The position numbers were made by a program, and so were the translations under genes. The notes under the pieces are model-generated. The model was given only the letters and a program-made list of their open reading frames with translations, did not search any database and was not told where the DNA came from. From assembly GCA_035489575.1 (NCBI GenBank), contig DATHJY010000011.1:20514-84513 (forward strand): a stretch of DNA of 64,000 nt, in the 5' to 3' direction. Below are positions 61,889 through 64,000 of this stretch, piece after piece. Every line of letters starts with the position of its first letter. Position 1 is the first letter of the stretch. This DNA comes from Verrucomicrobiia bacterium. GTDB taxonomy: Bacteria; Patescibacteriota; Saccharimonadia; Saccharimonadales; JAGQNK01.

Positions 61889-62670
61889 TGCTGCTGGACG
61901 GTATTCAGATTCTGTTACTAGGATATGTGGCCTTTTTATTGGTAGGCAAGCAAAAGCCATCTATGCCTGCTGTGCGCAAACGAACCGCCCGCAAGCTTAT
62001 TATAGACACCTGCGCCCTTATAGACGGCCGCATTGTTGAGCTGGCTCGGGCTGGCTTTGTGCCCGAGCAACTGATAATACCCGAATTTATCATCCATGAG
62101 CTCCAACTGTTAGCCGACGGCACAGACTCGCACAAACGAGATCGCGCCCGCTACGGGCTGGACATTGTCCAAGAGCTACAGGACAACAAAAATTGTGACG
62201 TCATCATAGACCGCTCTGCTTTTCCAGAAAAGCACGCCACAGACGACAAGCTCGTGGCTCTGGCCAAGAAATTGCATGTGTCATTGTATACAACCGACTT
62301 CAACCTGAATAAAGTTGCCGAGATAGAAGGAGTCAAGGTGCTAAACGTCAACGAGCTCGCCGGAGCCCTCAGGCCATCGGCCCTGCCCGGAGAGAAAAAG
62401 ACAGTCAAGATACTGCAAAAGGGCAGCAATCCTCGCCAAGGCGTAGGCTATCTAGAGGACGGCACTATGTTAGTGGTCGAAGATGCCGCCGCGCAGGTAG
62501 GCAAAACGGTGCAGGTAGAAATCACCCGTATGCACCAAACAGTGTCAGGCAAGATGCTGTTTTCTGAATTGATCCGCCCATCGGCAGCCTTACGGACTAA
62601 GACTGCGTCAGGACCACGATTGGCCGCACGAAAGCCGTCACATTCACTTGCTTCACGCATGAAGCACTAA
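61888..62670 (+). CDS. yacL: PIN/TRAM-domain protein (YacL-like)
   Basis: GTG start overlaps the radA stop by 1 nt. N-terminal TM helix, PIN domain (LIIDTCALIDGRI) and a C-terminal TRAM-like beta domain (VQVEITRMHQTVSGKMLF). Confidence 0.8.
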   Translation: MLLDGIQILLLGYVAFLLVGKQKPSMPAVRKRTARKLIIDTCALIDGRIVELARAGFVPEQLIIPEFIIHELQLLADGTDSHKRDRARYGLDIVQELQDNKNCDVIIDRSAFPEKHATDDKLVALAKKLHVSLYTTDFNLNKVAEIEGVKVLNVNELAGALRPSALPGEKKTVKILQKGSNPRQGVGYLEDGTMLVVEDAAAQVGKTVQVEITRMHQTVSGKMLFSELIRPSAALRTKTASGPRLAARKPSHSLASRMKH

Positions 62671-62692
62671 AATAGTTAGTATGCGTAAGGTT

Positions 62693-64000
62693 CTATTGAA
62701 CCGTGGCGAAAGCCGGCGATCCTGTACCATTTTTGTCTTTAGCGTAGACTGGCACGCCCGTCAGATCGCTCCCATAAGGACAGCCGGTCCCGCTCGATTT
62801 ACACAACTCGGCATTATTCGACTGACGATAGACGATTACCATTCCGCTCCCACCCGTCCAACTAAAGTTAGTTGCTCCGGCGTTTCCGTTGCCGGAGAGC
62901 GTTAAAGACCCCGTATTACTCCCAAGTGTAGCAGTGACTGTGCTGGTATCGGATGCATCATACAACAGGCTGTCCACCACTTCGACCGACACCGTTTTAT
63001 CGCCCGCGGAATCAGCCGTGTAAGTGTAGGTGACTGTTCCAGCCGTCGTGATAGTAGCCGTATGAACCGCGTTGCCATTTACCTTGAAGACGATGCTACC
63101 TGGGAATTGGGCACTAGATAGCGGGTGGGTACCTTGCGTCACATCAGCGACCAGCTGATAGGTTCCATCGCCAGTCGGATTAACACTGATCCTCACGCCC
63201 GGCTTTACGTCGTCACATTTATGCACATCGTCTCTCTCGCTTGTGTTGGCTCCACCGCCACCCGGGACAAACCGGTCGCCAGAGAAGCTAGCTGCGTCAC
63301 CGCCAGTAGTATCTTTTTTGGCACGAGCTGGGGTACATTCGGTAGCCAGCTTGTTAGACACGATATCTATAGTTTGCTTCTGGGTGTTGACCTGCTTTTT
63401 CTGGAACCATTGGGGAAAGAGGTCGTTGGCGGGGCTGGGCTCGACAGAACCGATGCCAACATGACTACGGACAACGTAGGCAGGCAATGACTGCAGAGTA
63501 GCTGGCTTGGGCCAATCTTCTGGCTTGGCATCTTTGTGGGCAGCTTTCATCCAGCCTTCCCAGATAGGTTGCGTCATGCCTTCCATGGTGCCAGACATGA
63601 CACGCTGACGATCGTGGTAACCCACCCATACACCGGCAGCATACTTGCTAGAGTAGCCCATCATCCAGCCGTCTTTGGCATCGTTGGTGGTACCGGTCTT
63701 CATAGCAAACTTCCAGGTGCCCTGGCCATTGTTATAGCGATGTGGCTTGCGGCCAGCAGGGAAGTAGCTAGCATTTGGATCACTCATCATGTCGCTGACA
63801 ATGTAAGCAGCATCGGGGCGAATAGCTTGCTCGCCTTGTTCGGCCTTCCATTCGTCAACGGTTTTACCGCCAGCATCCTCAATCTTCAGAATGTAGGTTT
63901 GGGGGATTGCCCTACCATTGCGTGACAAGGTGCCGTAGGCGTGCACGTGCTCGTCCTGTCTTAGGTAGGCACCATCTCCGATAGCCGACGAGGCATAACA
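62693..64000 (-). CDS. Class A penicillin-binding protein, C-terminal part (partial; continues beyond window)
   Basis: Transpeptidase KTGTT motif and surrounding PBP1-like sequence, followed by a ~200-aa Thr/Gly/Ser-rich beta (Ig-like) C-terminal extension. The ORF stays open to the window edge. Confidence 0.85.
   Translation of the reverse strand, partial: CYASSAIGDGAYLRQDEHVHAYGTLSRNGRAIPQTYILKIEDAGGKTVDEWKAEQGEQAIRPDAAYIVSDMMSDPNASYFPAGRKPHRYNNGQGTWKFAMKTGTTNDAKDGWMMGYSSKYAAGVWVGYHDRQRVMSGTMEGMTQPIWEGWMKAAHKDAKPEDWPKPATLQSLPAYVVRSHVGIGSVEPSPANDLFPQWFQKKQVNTQKQTIDIVSNKLATECTPARAKKDTTGGDAASFSGDRFVPGGGGANTSERDDVHKCDDVKPGVRISVNPTGDGTYQLVADVTQGTHPLSSAQFPGSIVFKVNGNAVHTATITTAGTVTYTYTADSAGDKTVSVEVVDSLLYDASDTSTVTATLGSNTGSLTLSGNGNAGATNFSWTGGSGMVIVYRQSNNAELCKSSGTGCPYGSDLTGVPVYAKDKNGTGSPAFATVQ

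Overview
The window is gene-dense and mostly plus-strand. It reads like a reduced-genome bacterium of the Patescibacteria/CPR type, probably Saccharibacteria-like. That lineage call is inferred from gene content only: split transketolase, gatCAB, small DUF-type genes wedged inside housekeeping operons, many overlapping stop/start junctions, and standard code with TGA as stop. Core content is pheS/pheT, uvrB, gatCAB, dnaE, nusA, clpC, radA, rplS, rnhB, a compact sugar-phosphate cluster (gap, rpiB, rpe, split tkt, fba, pfkB), a thiol/copper redox cluster, a zur-zupT pair, an RND permease, a PilB/GspE-type ATPase, an M1 aminopeptidase and a partial PBP. I found no rRNA, no intact tRNA, no CRISPR array, and no transposase, integrase or reverse transcriptase. 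The unusual material is non-coding. (1) A 1.9-kb accessory island (12288-14203) lies between the DUF2207 gene and the RND gene. It holds a stand-alone four-repeat CxxCxGxG zinc-finger mini-protein and a 771-nt G+C-rich, ORF-poor element (13231-14001) closed by a perfect 14-bp inverted repeat. That element contains three tandem ~100-nt hairpin modules whose stems differ by compensatory base-pair changes and whose loops are C-rich (CCGCCCGCCCGCC, CACCTCC). (2) A 166-nt element (4789-4954) is closed by a 19-bp helix with plus-strand-only G-U wobbles. (3) A G+C-rich orphan-gene cassette (33963-34482) has similar TGACAGA-type termini. My best candidate for something undescribed is the 13231-14001 element, either a large structured RNA or a non-autonomous mobile element. 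This cannot be settled without homology and covariation searches. Regulatory calls include a CIRCE-like operator in front of clpC, an intrinsic terminator in the nusA leader and a Zur-box-like palindrome.
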